DNA of 64,000 nucleotides from Candidatus Jorgensenbacteria bacterium GW2011_GWB1_50_10 (GCA_001004105.1 LCQK01000002.1:347-64346), one strand, 5' to 3'. Counted from the first letter of the stretch, positions 1-11,125 are shown. Numbers and translations: made by a program. Notes: generated from the sequence alone by a model not told the origin.

Positions 1-68
1 ACGCAAGCGCGCATAGTATAGTAATTAGTAATTGGTAATCAGTAATTAGTCAAGTATAATTATGATTT

Positions 69-680
69 ATGGAGTTTAAATTATTTCTCTATGTCATCAT
101 CGTTCTTTCGGCGGTTTTCCATGAATACGCCCACGCCCTCACGGCTTATAAATTGGGAGATACGACGGCTAAAGACGCCGGTCGGCTTACCCTGAACCCC
201 CTGGTGCATTTGGATTTAGTGGGAACGGTGGTTGTGCCGCTCCTTCTGCTTTTTGCCTCCGGTATTTTTATCGGTTGGGCCAAGCCCGTCCCTTACAATC
301 CCGCAAATCTTCGCGACAAGCGCTACGGGTCTTTGAAGGTCGGAGCAGCGGGCCCGGGCGCGAACTTACTTATCGCCCTGATTTTGGGTCTTGTTTTGCG
401 TTTCTTGCCCCAAATTTTTCCCGGCGCCGAAGTTCTTTTTACGGCGACTTTGGGCGTTATTGTTTACATCAATATTTTTTTGGCGCTTTTTAATCTTTTG
501 CCTTTTCCGCCGCTTGACGGGAGTAAGATTTTCGCCGACGCATTTCCTAACGTCTTCCAAAAACTAGTTAACCTCGGATTTTGGGGATTCTTTTTGGCAC
601 TCCTTGCGGCTTTTTGGATACTGCCCGCCATCGCCAATATTATTTTTTCCCTTATCACTGGCAGGGGTTTTGCCTTTTAA
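69..680 (+). CDS. Site-2 protease family (M50) membrane metallopeptidase
   Basis: HEYAH zinc motif, NLLPFPPLDG motif, multiple hydrophobic segments. Confidence 0.92.
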   Translation: MEFKLFLYVIIVLSAVFHEYAHALTAYKLGDTTAKDAGRLTLNPLVHLDLVGTVVVPLLLLFASGIFIGWAKPVPYNPANLRDKRYGSLKVGAAGPGANLLIALILGLVLRFLPQIFPGAEVLFTATLGVIVYINIFLALFNLLPFPPLDGSKIFADAFPNVFQKLVNLGFWGFFLALLAAFWILPAIANIIFSLITGRGFAF

Positions 681-725
681 AAAGCTTGACACTCGCAAAG
701 CAAAGGCCTTAACCTGAAAGCTGCC

Positions 726-1142
726 ATGCCAACGATTCAGCAACTGATTAAGAAAGGCAGGAAAAGGACGGTTCAAAAAACCAAGTCGCCGGCTTTTAGT
801 TTTTATTTCAATTACCAGAAAAACCGCCCGGTTGGTTCGCCTTCGCCCTTCAAGCGCGGCGTTTGTCTCAAGGTGTTTACCACCACCCCCAAAAAACCGA
901 ACTCGGCCCTGCGGAAAGTGGCGCGCGTCCGGCTCACCAACGGCATGGAAGTGACCGCATATATTCCCGGCGAAGGCCACAATCTTCAGGAACACTCGGT
1001 GGTTTTGCTCCGCGGCGGGAGAGTGAAGGATTTGCCGGGCGTCCGCTATCACATCGTCCGGGGCATTCTTGACGCCTCCGGCGTGGAAGCGAGAAAACAG
1101 CAGCGCTCCAAATACGGCGCGAAGCGCCCGAAAGCTAAGTGA
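726..1142 (+). CDS. rpsL: 30S ribosomal protein S12
   Basis: MPTIQQL start, [10 protein letters not shown] and [11 protein letters not shown] motifs. Confidence 0.99.
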   Translation: MPTIQQLIKKGRKRTVQKTKSPAFSFYFNYQKNRPVGSPSPFKRGVCLKVFTTTPKKPNSALRKVARVRLTNGMEVTAYIPGEGHNLQEHSVVLLRGGRVKDLPGVRYHIVRGILDASGVEARKQQRSKYGAKRPKAK

Positions 1143-1155
1143 TGTCTAAATAGAA

Positions 1156-1635
1156 ATGAGAAAGAGAGGATATTATAAAAAAAGAGAGCGTCCGGTGGAC
1201 GCCGAATACAACCGCGTTGATGTTGGCCGTTTCATTAATTATTTGATGACGGGCGGCAGAAAACCCGCGGCCGAGAAAGCTTTCTACGGTGCGCTTAAGG
1301 CCATCGGAAAAACTTCAAAAGAAGAGCCGATTAAGGTTTTTGAAAAAGCGATGGAGAATGCCTCGCCGCTTGTTGAAGTGCGGTCGCGGCGGGTGGGCGG
1401 CGCGAACTACCAGATCCCGCAGGAAATCGCGCCGGACCGGCAATTCTTTTTGGCCACTCACTGGATAATTAATGCTGCCCGCAGCCGCAAGGGTAAGCCC
1501 ATTGCCGAGAAATTGGCCGAGGAATTTTTGGCCGCCGCCAAAAACGAAGGCGCTGCCATCAAGAAAAAACAGGACACGCACCGCATGGCCGAGGCGAACC
1601 GCGCCTTCGCGAGTTTCTTGAGGAAGAAAAGATAA
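1156..1635 (+). CDS. rpsG: 30S ribosomal protein S7
   Basis: [27 protein letters not shown]; str operon position. Confidence 0.98.
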   Translation: MRKRGYYKKRERPVDAEYNRVDVGRFINYLMTGGRKPAAEKAFYGALKAIGKTSKEEPIKVFEKAMENASPLVEVRSRRVGGANYQIPQEIAPDRQFFLATHWIINAARSRKGKPIAEKLAEEFLAAAKNEGAAIKKKQDTHRMAEANRAFASFLRKKR

Positions 1636-1645
1636 AAAATCTTAT

Positions 1646-3751
1646 ATGCCAAGACAGTATCCCATTGAAAAAGTCCGTGATATCGGAATAATCGCCCACA
1701 TTGATGCCGGGAAGACCACCGTTTCGGAACGGGTACTTTTCTACACCGGCGTCTCCCACAAAATCGGCGAGGTGCACGAGGGTGACACGGTGATGGACTG
1801 GATGGAACAGGAGCGGGAGCGCGGCATCACTATCACTTCGGCCGCGACCACCTGTTTTTGGACGCCGACTTACCGGGAGGGTGACAAGAATTTCGAGCAC
1901 CGCATCAACTTGATTGACACGCCCGGCCACATCGATTTCACCGTTGAAGTGAAGCGCAGTTTGCGCGTTTTGGACGGCGCGGTCGTGGTTTTTGATGGAG
2001 TCGCGGGCGTTGAGCCGCAATCGGAAACGAACTGGCACTACGCCGACGAATACAAGGTGCCGCGCTTATGTTTCATCAATAAACTTGACCGGACGGGCGC
2101 GAGTTTTGACAATAGTTACAGATCAATTTTGGAGCGGCTCACTCCCAACGCCGTTCTTCTTCAGATTCCCATCGGTCTGGAAAACCATTTTGAAGGCGTG
2201 ATTGATCTTTTGACGCGCCACGCCTTCCGCTTTGAAGGCGATAAAGGTGAGAAGACGGTTGGCGGCGAGGTTCCCGACAATCTTAAGGATGAAGTTGAAA
2301 AACAAAGGCATCATCTCATTGAAAAAATCGTCGAGCACGATGACGGAGCGATGCATGAATATCTGGGAGGCGGGGAGCCGGCTTTGGATAAATTAAAAGC
2401 GGTTTTACGCAAGGCGACGATCGGAAACGCTCTGGTGCCGGTGCTCTGCGGTTCGGCCCTGAAAAACAAGGGCGTCCAACTTGTGCTCGATGCGGTGGTG
2501 GACTATCTGCCCTCGCCCGCCGATCTGCCGCCGGTCAAAGGCATTAATCCCGAAACTCACGGTGAGGAGGAAAGGAAACCGAGTGACAATGAACCGCTCT
2601 CCGCACTCGCTTTTAAAATCGCCTCCGACCCTTTTGTGGGAACGCTCACTTTTTTCCGCGTTTACTCCGGTATCATGAAGCGCGGTAGCTATATTTTGAA
2701 TTCAACCAAAGGGGGACAGGAGCGAATCGGGAGAATTCTCCGGATGCACGCCAATCACCGGGAAGAAGCGGAGGAAATTTACGCGGGCGATTTGGGAGCG
2801 CTCGTGGGCCTCAAGGATACGACAACGGGCGATACATTAACTGACCCGGAGCATCCGGTTGTTTTGGAGCAAATCACTTTCCCCGAACCGGTTATCTCCG
2901 TTAGGATTGAGCCCAAGACCAAAGTTGACCAGGAAAGAATGGGCATCGCTCTCCGCCGTTTGGCGGAAGAAGACCCAACTTTCCGGCTTCGCGGAGACAT
3001 CGAAACGGGCGAGACTATCATCTCCGGTATGGGCGAACTGCATTTGGAAATTATCGTTGACCGGATGAAGCGGGAATTCAAAGTGGAAGCGAACGTCGGC
3101 CGGCCCCAGGTTGCTTACAAGGAAACCGTGAAGGGCACGGCGGAGGCCGAGGGCAAATATATTCGGCAGTCGGGCGGCCGGGGCCAGTACGGTCACGTCT
3201 GGCTTCGCTTAGAACCGATGGAACGAGGGCAGGGCTTTGAGTTCGTCGATGCCATCAAAGGCGGCATCATTCCCCAGGAATTCATCCCGGCCGCCGAAAA
3301 AGGCGTTCACGAAGCGGTGGATAAAGGCGTGCTCGCCGGTTACCCGGTCGTGGACGTGAAGGTCACCCTCTACGACGGTTCTTATCACGAAGTGGACTCC
3401 TCGGAAATCGCTTTCAAAATCGCCTCCGCCATGGCTTTTCAAGAGGCGGCCAGGCGCGCCAAAACAGTTCTTCTTGAACCGATAATGAAAGTGCAGGTCA
3501 TCGTCCCGCCAGATTTTTTGGGCGACGTGACCGGGGATTTGAGTTCCAAGCGAGGTAAGATAAAAGCCATGGGCGAGCGGGGAACGGTCCGCACCATCGA
3601 CGCGCTTGTCCCGCTCTCGGAAATGTTCGGCTATTCGACGACCTTGCGGAGTATGACCGAAGGCCGCGGCTCTTTCACGATGGAGTTTTCTCATTACGAA
3701 GAAGTGCCGGCCTCCGTCGCAACGGCAATAATTGAAGGGAAAAAGAAATAA
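1646..3751 (+). CDS. fusA: Elongation factor G
   Basis: [29 protein letters not shown]; 701 aa. Confidence 0.99.
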   Translation: MPRQYPIEKVRDIGIIAHIDAGKTTVSERVLFYTGVSHKIGEVHEGDTVMDWMEQERERGITITSAATTCFWTPTYREGDKNFEHRINLIDTPGHIDFTVEVKRSLRVLDGAVVVFDGVAGVEPQSETNWHYADEYKVPRLCFINKLDRTGASFDNSYRSILERLTPNAVLLQIPIGLENHFEGVIDLLTRHAFRFEGDKGEKTVGGEVPDNLKDEVEKQRHHLIEKIVEHDDGAMHEYLGGGEPALDKLKAVLRKATIGNALVPVLCGSALKNKGVQLVLDAVVDYLPSPADLPPVKGINPETHGEEERKPSDNEPLSALAFKIASDPFVGTLTFFRVYSGIMKRGSYILNSTKGGQERIGRILRMHANHREEAEEIYAGDLGALVGLKDTTTGDTLTDPEHPVVLEQITFPEPVISVRIEPKTKVDQERMGIALRRLAEEDPTFRLRGDIETGETIISGMGELHLEIIVDRMKREFKVEANVGRPQVAYKETVKGTAEAEGKYIRQSGGRGQYGHVWLRLEPMERGQGFEFVDAIKGGIIPQEFIPAAEKGVHEAVDKGVLAGYPVVDVKVTLYDGSYHEVDSSEIAFKIASAMAFQEAARRAKTVLLEPIMKVQVIVPPDFLGDVTGDLSSKRGKIKAMGERGTVRTIDALVPLSEMFGYSTTLRSMTEGRGSFTMEFSHYEEVPASVATAIIEGKKK

Positions 3752-3757
3752 GGTGTG

Positions 3758-3827
3758 CCCAGTACAATTACGCCGCCACTTCATGTCTTTTGCGCTCAAA
3801 GAGCGCCAGCGGTGTAGTTGTACTGGG
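3758..3827. mobile_element. MITE-like element, family A, copy 1 (70 bp)
   Basis: Imperfect 19-bp TIR CCCAGTACAATTACGCCGC / GCGGTGTAGTTGTACTGGG; TGTG on both flanks (3754-3757, 3828-3831); related copy at 10304-10444. Confidence 0.75.
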
Positions 3828-3845
3828 TGTGGAAAAAGGCGGCTA

Positions 3846-3874
3846 TTGACAAGCGATACTCACTAGTTAATAAT
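3846..3874 (+). promoter_or_regulatory. Putative sigma70 promoter for tuf
   Basis: TTGACA-17 bp-AATAAT upstream of tuf. Confidence 0.5.
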
Positions 3875-3923
3875 TGCCTTTGCTCGCCTAAAAAGGCAGG
3901 TCGAATAAACATTTTTCATAGAT

Positions 3924-5123
3924 ATGGCAGAAAAAGAAAAATTTCAGCGAACTAAGCCCCACGTTAACGTGGGCACCATCGGTCACGTGGACCACGGCAA
4001 GACCACTCTTACCGCGGCAATTACCCACGTGCTCTTCATGAAAGGTCTTACCAAGAAAGAGGAAGGCGTTGACCAGATCGACAACGCGCCCGAGGAAAAG
4101 GCGCGGGGCATCACCATCGCCTTACACCACTCCGAGTACGAGTCAGAGAAGCGCCACTATGCGCACATTGATGCGCCGGGCCACGCCGATTACATCAAGA
4201 ACATGATTACCGGCGCCGCTCAAATGGATGGCGCGGTTCTCGTCGTTTCCGCGGCTGACGGTCCGATGCCGCAGACCCGGGAGCACATTTTGCTTGCCCG
4301 CCAGGTCGGCGTGCCGGCGATCGTCGTTTTCTTGAACAAAGTGGACATGGTTGACGACAAGGAACTCGTTGACTTAGTGGAATCGGAGGTCCGCGAGCTT
4401 TTGAAGAAGTACGAATTTCCCGGCGATGAAATCCCGGTCATCCGCGGCTCGGCCTTGAAGGCCTTGGAAGCGAAATCGGCCGATGACGAAGCGGCCAAAC
4501 CAATCTTGGATTTGGTGAAAGCTTTGGACGATCACATTCCGGAGCCGGTTCGGGAAACCGATAAACCGTTCCTTATGCCCGTTGAAGATATTTTCTCCAT
4601 TGAGGGCCGCGGCACGGTGGTTACCGGCCGGGCCGAGCGGGGTATTCTTAAAGTGAACGAAGAAGTGGAAATCGTTGGCTTAAAGCCGACGCAGAAGACC
4701 GTCGTGACCGGCGTTGAAATGTTCCAGAAGATTTTGGACGAAGCGCGGGCCGGCGACAACGTCGGTATCCTCCTTCGCGGCCTTAAAAAAGAAGACGTGG
4801 AGCGCGGCCAGGTGATTGCAAAGCCCGGCAGCGTCACGCCACACACTGAATTCGATTGCGAGGTCTACGTCCTCTCTAAAGAGGAAGGCGGCCGGCACAC
4901 GCCGTTCTTTAAGGGTTACAAGCCACAGTTCTATATAAGGACCACGGACGTGACGGGAGAAGTCATTTTGCCCGAAGGAATTGAAATGGTGATGCCGGGC
5001 GACACGATTAAAATTTCCGTTAAGCTCATCTCGCCGGTCGCGCTTGAAGAGAAACAGCGGTTCGCCATCCGCGAGGGCGGCAAGACAGTTGGCGCCGGCG
5101 TCGTCACGAAAATTAATAAATAA
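3924..5123 (+). CDS. tuf: Elongation factor Tu
   Basis: [40 protein letters not shown]. Confidence 0.99.
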   Translation: MAEKEKFQRTKPHVNVGTIGHVDHGKTTLTAAITHVLFMKGLTKKEEGVDQIDNAPEEKARGITIALHHSEYESEKRHYAHIDAPGHADYIKNMITGAAQMDGAVLVVSAADGPMPQTREHILLARQVGVPAIVVFLNKVDMVDDKELVDLVESEVRELLKKYEFPGDEIPVIRGSALKALEAKSADDEAAKPILDLVKALDDHIPEPVRETDKPFLMPVEDIFSIEGRGTVVTGRAERGILKVNEEVEIVGLKPTQKTVVTGVEMFQKILDEARAGDNVGILLRGLKKEDVERGQVIAKPGSVTPHTEFDCEVYVLSKEEGGRHTPFFKGYKPQFYIRTTDVTGEVILPEGIEMVMPGDTIKISVKLISPVALEEKQRFAIREGGKTVGAGVVTKINK

Positions 5124-5158
5124 GTCCTATCAGTCCCACCGGACCTATCAGAGAATGT

Positions 5159-5491
5159 ATGCCGAAAGCATCTGAGCAAGTTCAAAAAGAGAAATTAAGA
5201 TTGCGCATCAGAGCGTACGACGCCAAACTCATTGATTCGTCCTCAAGGCAAATCATTGAGGCTATCCGGCGTCAGGGCGGGGAAGTTGTTGGTCCCATTC
5301 CCTTACCGACCGAGATTCGGCGCTACACCGTGAACCGCTCCACTTTCGTGCACAAGAAATCCCGGGAGCAGTTCGAAATGAGGGTGCACAAGCGCCTGAT
5401 AGATATATTGAATCCCGGTCAAAAAATCATCGAATCTTTGACGGACCTGAACCTCCCCGGCGGAGTTGACGTGGAAATCAAAACTGGTTAG
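5159..5491 (+). CDS. rpsJ: 30S ribosomal protein S10
   Basis: GPIPLPT, SREQFEMRVHKRLIDI. Confidence 0.98.
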   Translation: MPKASEQVQKEKLRLRIRAYDAKLIDSSSRQIIEAIRRQGGEVVGPIPLPTEIRRYTVNRSTFVHKKSREQFEMRVHKRLIDILNPGQKIIESLTDLNLPGGVDVEIKTG

Positions 5492-5525
5492 GATATTAGG
5501 GCTTTAGGCGATATTACAAACATAT

Positions 5526-5556
5526 CAAAACAATCCGCCTCGGGCGGGTTGTTTTG
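5526..5556 (+). terminator. Terminator-like hairpin between rpsJ and rplC
   Basis: CAAAACAATCCGCC-TCG-GGCGGGTTGTTTTG. Confidence 0.5.
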
Positions 5557-5567
5557 TTAAGGCGCTT

Positions 5568-6014
5568 ATGGAAAAAATCAAAGCCCAGAAAATCAACATG
5601 ACCCAGATTTGGAGAGGCGACCGGGCGGAGGCCGTCACGGTTCTTAAAGTTGTGGGCGGCGGTGATTCTTTTTTTTCCGAGATGAAACCGGGTGATAAGA
5701 TCATTGTAAGCGGCAAGAGCAAGGGTCGGGGATTCCAAGGCGTCGTGAAGCGCCACGGTTTCCACGGCGGTCCCAAAAGCCACGGCCAGAAAGACCGGCT
5801 CCGGGCGCCGGGTTCGATCGGCGCGACCGCGCCGCAGCGGGTCATTAAAGGCAAAAAAATGGCCGGTCACATGGGGCTCACGAAAGTGACCCTGAAAAAC
5901 ATGGAGGTGGCGGAAATTCGACCGGAGGAAAAAGTCCTAATGGTGAAAGGCGCGGTACCGGGTATGAAAGGCGCTTTCGTCGTAATTCAAGAAAATTTTA
6001 AAAATGATGATTGA
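5568..6014 (+). CDS. rplC: 50S ribosomal protein L3 (internally shortened, 148 aa)
   Basis: SKGRGFQGVVKRHGF, RAPGSIG, KMAGHMG, VKGAVPG. Confidence 0.96.
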   Translation: MEKIKAQKINMTQIWRGDRAEAVTVLKVVGGGDSFFSEMKPGDKIIVSGKSKGRGFQGVVKRHGFHGGPKSHGQKDRLRAPGSIGATAPQRVIKGKKMAGHMGLTKVTLKNMEVAEIRPEEKVLMVKGAVPGMKGAFVVIQENFKNDD

Positions 6015-6639
6015 AATTTACAACATTGAAAACAAAAAGACAGGCAAGATGGATTTACCCGAGGAAATTTTTCAGGCGCCTTGGCGGCCGGCTTTGGTTC
6101 ATCAAGTGATAACGGCGATTCTCTCAAACCGCCGCCGTCCGTTTGCACACGTGAAAGGCAGAGGCGAAGTGAGAGGCGGCGGCAAAAAACCGTGGCCGCA
6201 GAAGGGCACCGGCCAGGCCCGCCACGGTTCCATTCGTTCGCCTATCTGGAGAGGCGGCGGCGTCACTCACGGACCCTTGAAAGAGCGGACTTACGAAAAA
6301 AAGATAAACAAGGAAATGAAAAAGCAGGCGCTTTTTTCCGTTCTTTCCAAGAAGCTTTCCGACCAGGAACTGAAAATCGTGGACGAAATCAATTTGAAGG
6401 AAGCAAAGACGAAAATCTTAAACGGAATCCTCGGCAAATTTTTCGGCCAGAAGCGGAGCGTTCTCATCGTGCCCAAAACCGGCAACCGCGCTGTCCATCT
6501 TGCCGGCCGGAACATTCCGAAAACCACCGTCGGCAATCCGAACGCCTTGAACGTCTATGACTGCCTGGTCCACAAATACGTCGTTTTTGAGAAAGATGCG
6601 GTCGCCGATTTCGCCGGAACGTTTAAAAAAACAAAATGA
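6004..6639 (+). CDS. rplD: 50S ribosomal protein L4
   Basis: EVRGGGKKPWPQKGTGQARHGSIRSPIWRGGG. Confidence 0.98.
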   Translation: MMIEIYNIENKKTGKMDLPEEIFQAPWRPALVHQVITAILSNRRRPFAHVKGRGEVRGGGKKPWPQKGTGQARHGSIRSPIWRGGGVTHGPLKERTYEKKINKEMKKQALFSVLSKKLSDQELKIVDEINLKEAKTKILNGILGKFFGQKRSVLIVPKTGNRAVHLAGRNIPKTTVGNPNALNVYDCLVHKYVVFEKDAVADFAGTFKKTK

Positions 6640-7004
6640 GCATTCTTAATTTCAAAAAATCCCCGCCGAAGGCGGATCCGTCTCAGGCGGAGAAAAAGAA
6701 AGTTGAAGCGCCGGTTGGCGCCCACGGGCCGGCTAATTTCGGTTTGATAAGAAAGGCGTGGCTTAGCGAAAAGGCGGGCGACCTGGGTAAGTTCAACCAA
6801 TACGTCTTCCTGGTTCAAAATTCAGCCAACAAAAAGGAAGTGGAACGCGAAGTGGGCCGCCGTTACGGCGTGAAGGTCAAGGGCGTAAACATAATCCGTG
6901 AGCCGGGCAAAACCAAAAGAGTTGGTAACGTCGCCGGCCGCACTTCGGGCTTTAAAAAAGCAATAGTAACCCTGAAGGATGGAGAAAAACTGGAAATAAG
7001 CTAA
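6636..7004 (+). CDS. rplW: 50S ribosomal protein L23 (N-terminal extension)
   Basis: SEKA, YVFLV, FKKAIVTL; S10 operon position. Confidence 0.95.
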   Translation: MSILNFKKSPPKADPSQAEKKKVEAPVGAHGPANFGLIRKAWLSEKAGDLGKFNQYVFLVQNSANKKEVEREVGRRYGVKVKGVNIIREPGKTKRVGNVAGRTSGFKKAIVTLKDGEKLEIS

Positions 7005-7008
7005 ATAC

Positions 7009-7830
7009 ATGAAATCCTATAAACCGACAACCCCATCAAGGAGATTCATTACCGTGCCCGATTACCGGAGCTTGGCGAAGACCGGTCCTTTAAAATCCCT
7101 GACGCGCGCGGTTTTGAAAAAGGCGGGCCGGAATTCCAGTGGCCGCATCACCATGCGCCACCAGGGCGGCGGCGTTAAATCCATCTACCGCTTGGTGGAT
7201 TTCAAGGAAAATAAGGTGAACGTTCCGGGCCGGGTGGAAGCGATTGAATATGACCCGTACCGCACCGCTTTCATCGCCCGCGTCATCTACAAAGACGGCG
7301 AGCGGCGTTATATTCTTGCCTCGGACGGTCTCAAGGTGGGCACCACCATCGTCAATTCCGAAGACGCTCCTTTTGAAGTCGGCAACCGGACGAGCTTGAA
7401 GCGGATTCCGGTCGGCACTTTTGTCCATAACGTGGAAATCCTGCCAGGCAAAGGCGGCCAGCTGGGACGGGCCGCTGGTTCTTCCATTCAGATTCTCGCG
7501 AATGAAGAGGGCTACACCCACTTGAAGATGTCTTCCGGAGAGGTGAGGAAAGTGCCGTGGGGCGCTTTGGCCTCCATCGGTCAGGTTTCCAATCCGGAGC
7601 ACAATTTAATAGTTGTGGGCAACGCTGGCCGTTCCCGAAAAATGGGAATCAGGCCGACCGTTCGGGCCTCGGTCATGAACCCCCGCGACCACAAGTACGG
7701 CGGCGGCGAAGGCCGGACCCAGCGCGGCACGCGGCGACCCAAGGATAAATGGGGCAATATCACCGGCGGTCGCAAGACCCGCAAGAAAAAGAAGTGGTCT
7801 AACAAAATGATTTTGAAGCGGAGAAAATAA
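7009..7830 (+). CDS. rplB: 50S ribosomal protein L2
   Basis: [36 protein letters not shown]. Confidence 0.99.
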   Translation: MKSYKPTTPSRRFITVPDYRSLAKTGPLKSLTRAVLKKAGRNSSGRITMRHQGGGVKSIYRLVDFKENKVNVPGRVEAIEYDPYRTAFIARVIYKDGERRYILASDGLKVGTTIVNSEDAPFEVGNRTSLKRIPVGTFVHNVEILPGKGGQLGRAAGSSIQILANEEGYTHLKMSSGEVRKVPWGALASIGQVSNPEHNLIVVGNAGRSRKMGIRPTVRASVMNPRDHKYGGGEGRTQRGTRRPKDKWGNITGGRKTRKKKKWSNKMILKRRK

Positions 7831-7834
7831 ATCT

Positions 7835-8161
7835 ATGTCGCGAAGCACTAAAAAAGGACCGTACGTCGACCCGAAACTCTTGAAAAAAATCGGGAAACTG
7901 GGGCCCGGCGCCAAGGAGGTTATTAAAACCTGGTCGCGCGATTCGGAAATTTCCCCCGAGATGGTCGGCTTCACTTTCGGCGTCCATAACGGCAAGAATT
8001 TCATTGAAGTAAAGGTGAGTGAGGACATGGTCGGCCACCGCCTCGGCGAATTTTCGCCGACCCGGCGTTTCACCAGGCACGGCGGCAAGATTCAGAAAGA
8101 GCTGGAGCTCCAGGCCAAGACGGCGACGCCGCCGCCTGCCCCCGCACCCGGCGCCAAATAA
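7835..8161 (+). CDS. rpsS: 30S ribosomal protein S19
   Basis: [29 protein letters not shown]. Confidence 0.98.
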   Translation: MSRSTKKGPYVDPKLLKKIGKLGPGAKEVIKTWSRDSEISPEMVGFTFGVHNGKNFIEVKVSEDMVGHRLGEFSPTRRFTRHGGKIQKELELQAKTATPPPAPAPGAK

Positions 8162-8170
8162 TTTTAAACC

Positions 8171-8689
8171 ATGAAAGAAACCGTGACGGCAAAACTTAAA
8201 TACTTGAAAATCGCACCCCGCAAAACGAGATTTGTGGCGGATTTGGTGCGTGGTCTTCCGGTCGGGGCGGCGGAGGCCGAACTTCTCGGCAATCCCCGCC
8301 GGCCGGCCGTTGCGATTTTGAAACTTATCCGCTCGGCGGTTTCGAACGCCAAAAAGGCGACGCTCGCACCCGAGAAGCTCTACGTCAAGGAAATCAAAGT
8401 TGACCAGGGGCCGCGCCTCAAGCGTTTCATGCCGCGGGCTTTCGGCCGCTCCAATTTAATTGAGAAGAAAATGAGCCACGTCACCTTGGTTCTGGGCGTT
8501 GCCGAGAAACCTTTTGCCGAAAGATTTGTCATAGCTCCGAAACCCAAAAAAGAAAAGAAGGAGAAGAAAACAAAGGAACCGAAAGCAATAAAAGGCAAGG
8601 AAGAATTCGAAGAGAAAAAGGCCGCCGCTCCGAAGCCGAAAGCTCAACCGGGATTCTTCCGGAGAATTTTCCGCCGCAAGGCAGTATGA
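8171..8689 (+). CDS. rplV: 50S ribosomal protein L22 with Lys/Glu-rich C-terminal extension
   Basis: IAPRKTRFVADLVRG, VDQGPRLKRFMPRAFGR. Confidence 0.97.
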   Translation: MKETVTAKLKYLKIAPRKTRFVADLVRGLPVGAAEAELLGNPRRPAVAILKLIRSAVSNAKKATLAPEKLYVKEIKVDQGPRLKRFMPRAFGRSNLIEKKMSHVTLVLGVAEKPFAERFVIAPKPKKEKKEKKTKEPKAIKGKEEFEEKKAAAPKPKAQPGFFRRIFRRKAV

Positions 8690-8720
8690 GATTTAAATAT
8701 TTAAACATTTAAGTATTCCT

Positions 8721-9413
8721 ATGGCCCAAAAGACAAAACCAGATTCGTTAAGATTAGGAATCAATAAACCGTGGTCCAGCCAGTGGTTTTTCAGGCGTAG
8801 CCGACGGTTTTTCCTGGAAGAAGACGAAATCATCCGGAAGCTGACGAGGGGAAAAATCCTCGCCTCCGGAGTGGCCGGCATTGACATAGAACGGGTGGGG
8901 GATGCCGTTCGAATCTCCATCCGGGCGGCGAGACCGGGGCTCATTATCGGCCGCGGCGGCAAGGGCATCGAGGAGCTGAAGAATCTGCTTCTCAAAGAAA
9001 TGAAAAATCTCCGTCGCAAGAACAAAATCGGTGGAAGTTTCTCCCTGAATTTGAACGTGGAGGAACTGAAGCGGATGGAAATCTCCGCCCCGGTCACGGC
9101 TCAGCAAATCGCTTTTGACATCGAAAGACGGCTCCCTTACCGCACTGCCATGAGACAGCAGATGGAAGGCCTGAAGCAGAATAAAGGTATTAAAGGCGGA
9201 AAAATAAAGATTGCCGGCCGGTTGAACGGCGCCGAAATCTCAAGGAGCGATTGGCTCGCTTTCGGCCGGATGCCTCTCCAGACGCTCCGGGCAAACATTG
9301 ACTACGGCGAAGCGACGGCTTACACCACCTACGGTACGGTGGGCATCAAGGTCTGGCTTTACAAAGGCGATATATTCGACAGCAAAGAGCAAAGCGCAAA
9401 TAGCAAATTGTAA
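8721..9413 (+). CDS. rpsC: 30S ribosomal protein S3
   Basis: RPGLIIGRGG, GRLNGAEI, PLQTLRANIDY, GIKVWLYKG. Confidence 0.98.
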   Translation: MAQKTKPDSLRLGINKPWSSQWFFRRSRRFFLEEDEIIRKLTRGKILASGVAGIDIERVGDAVRISIRAARPGLIIGRGGKGIEELKNLLLKEMKNLRRKNKIGGSFSLNLNVEELKRMEISAPVTAQQIAFDIERRLPYRTAMRQQMEGLKQNKGIKGGKIKIAGRLNGAEISRSDWLAFGRMPLQTLRANIDYGEATAYTTYGTVGIKVWLYKGDIFDSKEQSANSKL

Positions 9414-9449
9414 CGATTTGCGCTAAGCTATTAGCCATTTGCTAAAAAT

Positions 9450-9863
9450 ATGCTTCAACCCAAGAAACAAAAACACCGCAAAGTGCAAAAAGGACGCTCT
9501 CGCGGGCGCTTGAAGGAGACGCGCGGGGTTAATCTGGCTTTCGGCCAATTCGGGCTTCAGGCCCGTTCGGCCGCCTGGGTGACTTCCGCCCAAATTGAGG
9601 CCGCCCGCAAGGCCATCACTCACTCCTTAAAAAGGGAGGGCAAGCTCTGGATTCGGATTTTTCCCGATAAGCCGGTGACCAGTTTGCCGCCGGAGGTGAC
9701 TTTGGGCGGCGGCAAGGGCGACGTGAGCCATTATGTCGTGCCGGTTCGGCCCGGCCGGATGCTTTTTGAAGTTGACGGCGTGCCCAAGAAAGCCGCGACT
9801 GAAGCTCTGAGAATCGCCGGTCACAAACTGCCGGTTTTGACGAAAATCGTCGTCAAACGTTAA
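9450..9863 (+). CDS. rplP: 50S ribosomal protein L16
   Basis: MLQPKKQKHRK, WIRIFPDKPVT, GGGKG. Confidence 0.98.
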   Translation: MLQPKKQKHRKVQKGRSRGRLKETRGVNLAFGQFGLQARSAAWVTSAQIEAARKAITHSLKREGKLWIRIFPDKPVTSLPPEVTLGGGKGDVSHYVVPVRPGRMLFEVDGVPKKAATEALRIAGHKLPVLTKIVVKR

Positions 9864-9867
9864 AACC

Positions 9868-10074
9868 ATGAAAAGAAAAGAACTGGAAAATTTCAAAACC
9901 AAGCCCCTACCCGAAGTCGACAAGGAAGTGAGACTTCACGAAGAGCGCTTGATGAATCTCAAAAAAGACTTGGTTTTGGGTAAGGTGAAAAACATCAGGG
10001 AAATCAGGCAAATTAAGAAAAGTCTGGCCCAGCTTTTAACCATCAAACGGTCAAGGGCGAATACCGACAAATAA
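9868..10074 (+). CDS. rpmC: 50S ribosomal protein L29
   Basis: 68 aa between rplP and rps[14 protein letters not shown]. Confidence 0.9.
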   Translation: MKRKELENFKTKPLPEVDKEVRLHEERLMNLKKDLVLGKVKNIREIRQIKKSLAQLLTIKRSRANTDK

Positions 10075-10075
10075 C

Positions 10076-10303
10076 ATGAGGAAACTTCAAGGGACGGTTG
10101 TCTCCGACAAAATGAATAAGACAAGAGTGGTGGCGGTGGAGCGCCTTAAAAAGCACCCCCGCTACGGCAAGTATTTCAAGGTGACTCGGCGGTTTAAAGC
10201 TCACGACGAAAAAAACGAATATAAAACCGGGGACAAGGTTGTCATCCAAGAAACAAGGCCGATTAGTCGCGAGAAGCGCTGGGTTATCGTCGAAAAAATA
10301 TGA
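10076..10303 (+). CDS. rpsQ: 30S ribosomal protein S17
   Basis: [32 protein letters not shown]. Confidence 0.98.
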   Translation: MRKLQGTVVSDKMNKTRVVAVERLKKHPRYGKYFKVTRRFKAHDEKNEYKTGDKVVIQETRPISREKRWVIVEKI

Positions 10304-10444
10304 CCCGGTACAATTACACCGCTTGCGCTAAAGGCGCACGTCATCAAAAATTAAAAATCAAAACTATGCTGCATACTCACCAAAGGTCAATGCGTATCAA
10401 ACCTACTCTGTCATTCAAGAGAATGGCGGTGTAATTGTACCGGG
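10304..10444. mobile_element. MITE-like element, family A, copy 2 (141 bp)
   Basis: Perfect 19-bp TIR CCCGGTACAATTACACCGC / GCGGTGTAATTGTACCGGG; ATGA on both flanks (10300-10303, 10445-10448). Confidence 0.8.
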
Positions 10445-10810
10445 ATGATACAAGAGCGAAGCATATTAAAAGTGGCCGACAACAGCGGAGCAAAACTCGT
10501 CCGCTGCTTCCGGATTTTGGGCGGTTCCAAGCGCCGTTACGCACAGATTGGCGATGTCATCGTGGTTTCCGTCCAGACGGCCGAGCCGCGGAAAGCGGTG
10601 AAGAAAAAGGATGTGGTGCGCGCGCTCGTTGTAAGGCAGAGGGCACCCATCCGCCGTTCGGACGGCACCCGTCTCCGCTTTGACGACAACGCCGTGGTCC
10701 TCGTTGATAAAAAGGAACCGAAAGCGACCCGAATTTTCGGGCCTATTCCCAGAGAAATCAAGGAAAAGGGCTACGACACCATTGCTTCCCTTGCGGAAGA
10801 ACTCGTCTAA
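10445..10810 (+). CDS. rplN: 50S ribosomal protein L14
   Basis: VADNSGAK, RFDDNAVVL, TRIFGPIPRE. Confidence 0.99.
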   Translation: MIQERSILKVADNSGAKLVRCFRILGGSKRRYAQIGDVIVVSVQTAEPRKAVKKKDVVRALVVRQRAPIRRSDGTRLRFDDNAVVLVDKKEPKATRIFGPIPREIKEKGYDTIASLAEELV

Positions 10811-10816
10811 AAATCC

Positions 10817-11122
10817 ATGAAAATCAAGAAAGGCGACAACGTAAAAATCATGAAAGGCAAGGACCGGGGGAAAACCGGCAAGGTTATTAAAGTTGACGAG
10901 GAAAAAGGCCGCCTCACGGTGGAAGGCGTAAATCTTTTCAAAAAGCACGTCCGGCCGAAGCGCCAGGGTGAAAAAGGCGAAGTCGTCTCCGTCGCGAGGC
11001 CGCTTGCCGTCTCGAATGTGATGCTCGTTTGTTCTTCCTGCGGCAAGGCCTCCCGGGTTGGATTTAGGATTGATAAGGAAATAAAAGAGCGATACTGCAA
11101 AAAGTGCAAAAGCGCAATTTAA
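10817..11122 (+). CDS. rplX: 50S ribosomal protein L24
   Basis: KIKKGDNV, GKDRGKTGKV (KOW), SNVML. Confidence 0.98.
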   Translation: MKIKKGDNVKIMKGKDRGKTGKVIKVDEEKGRLTVEGVNLFKKHVRPKRQGEKGEVVSVARPLAVSNVMLVCSSCGKASRVGFRIDKEIKERYCKKCKSAI

Positions 11123-11125
11123 ACC

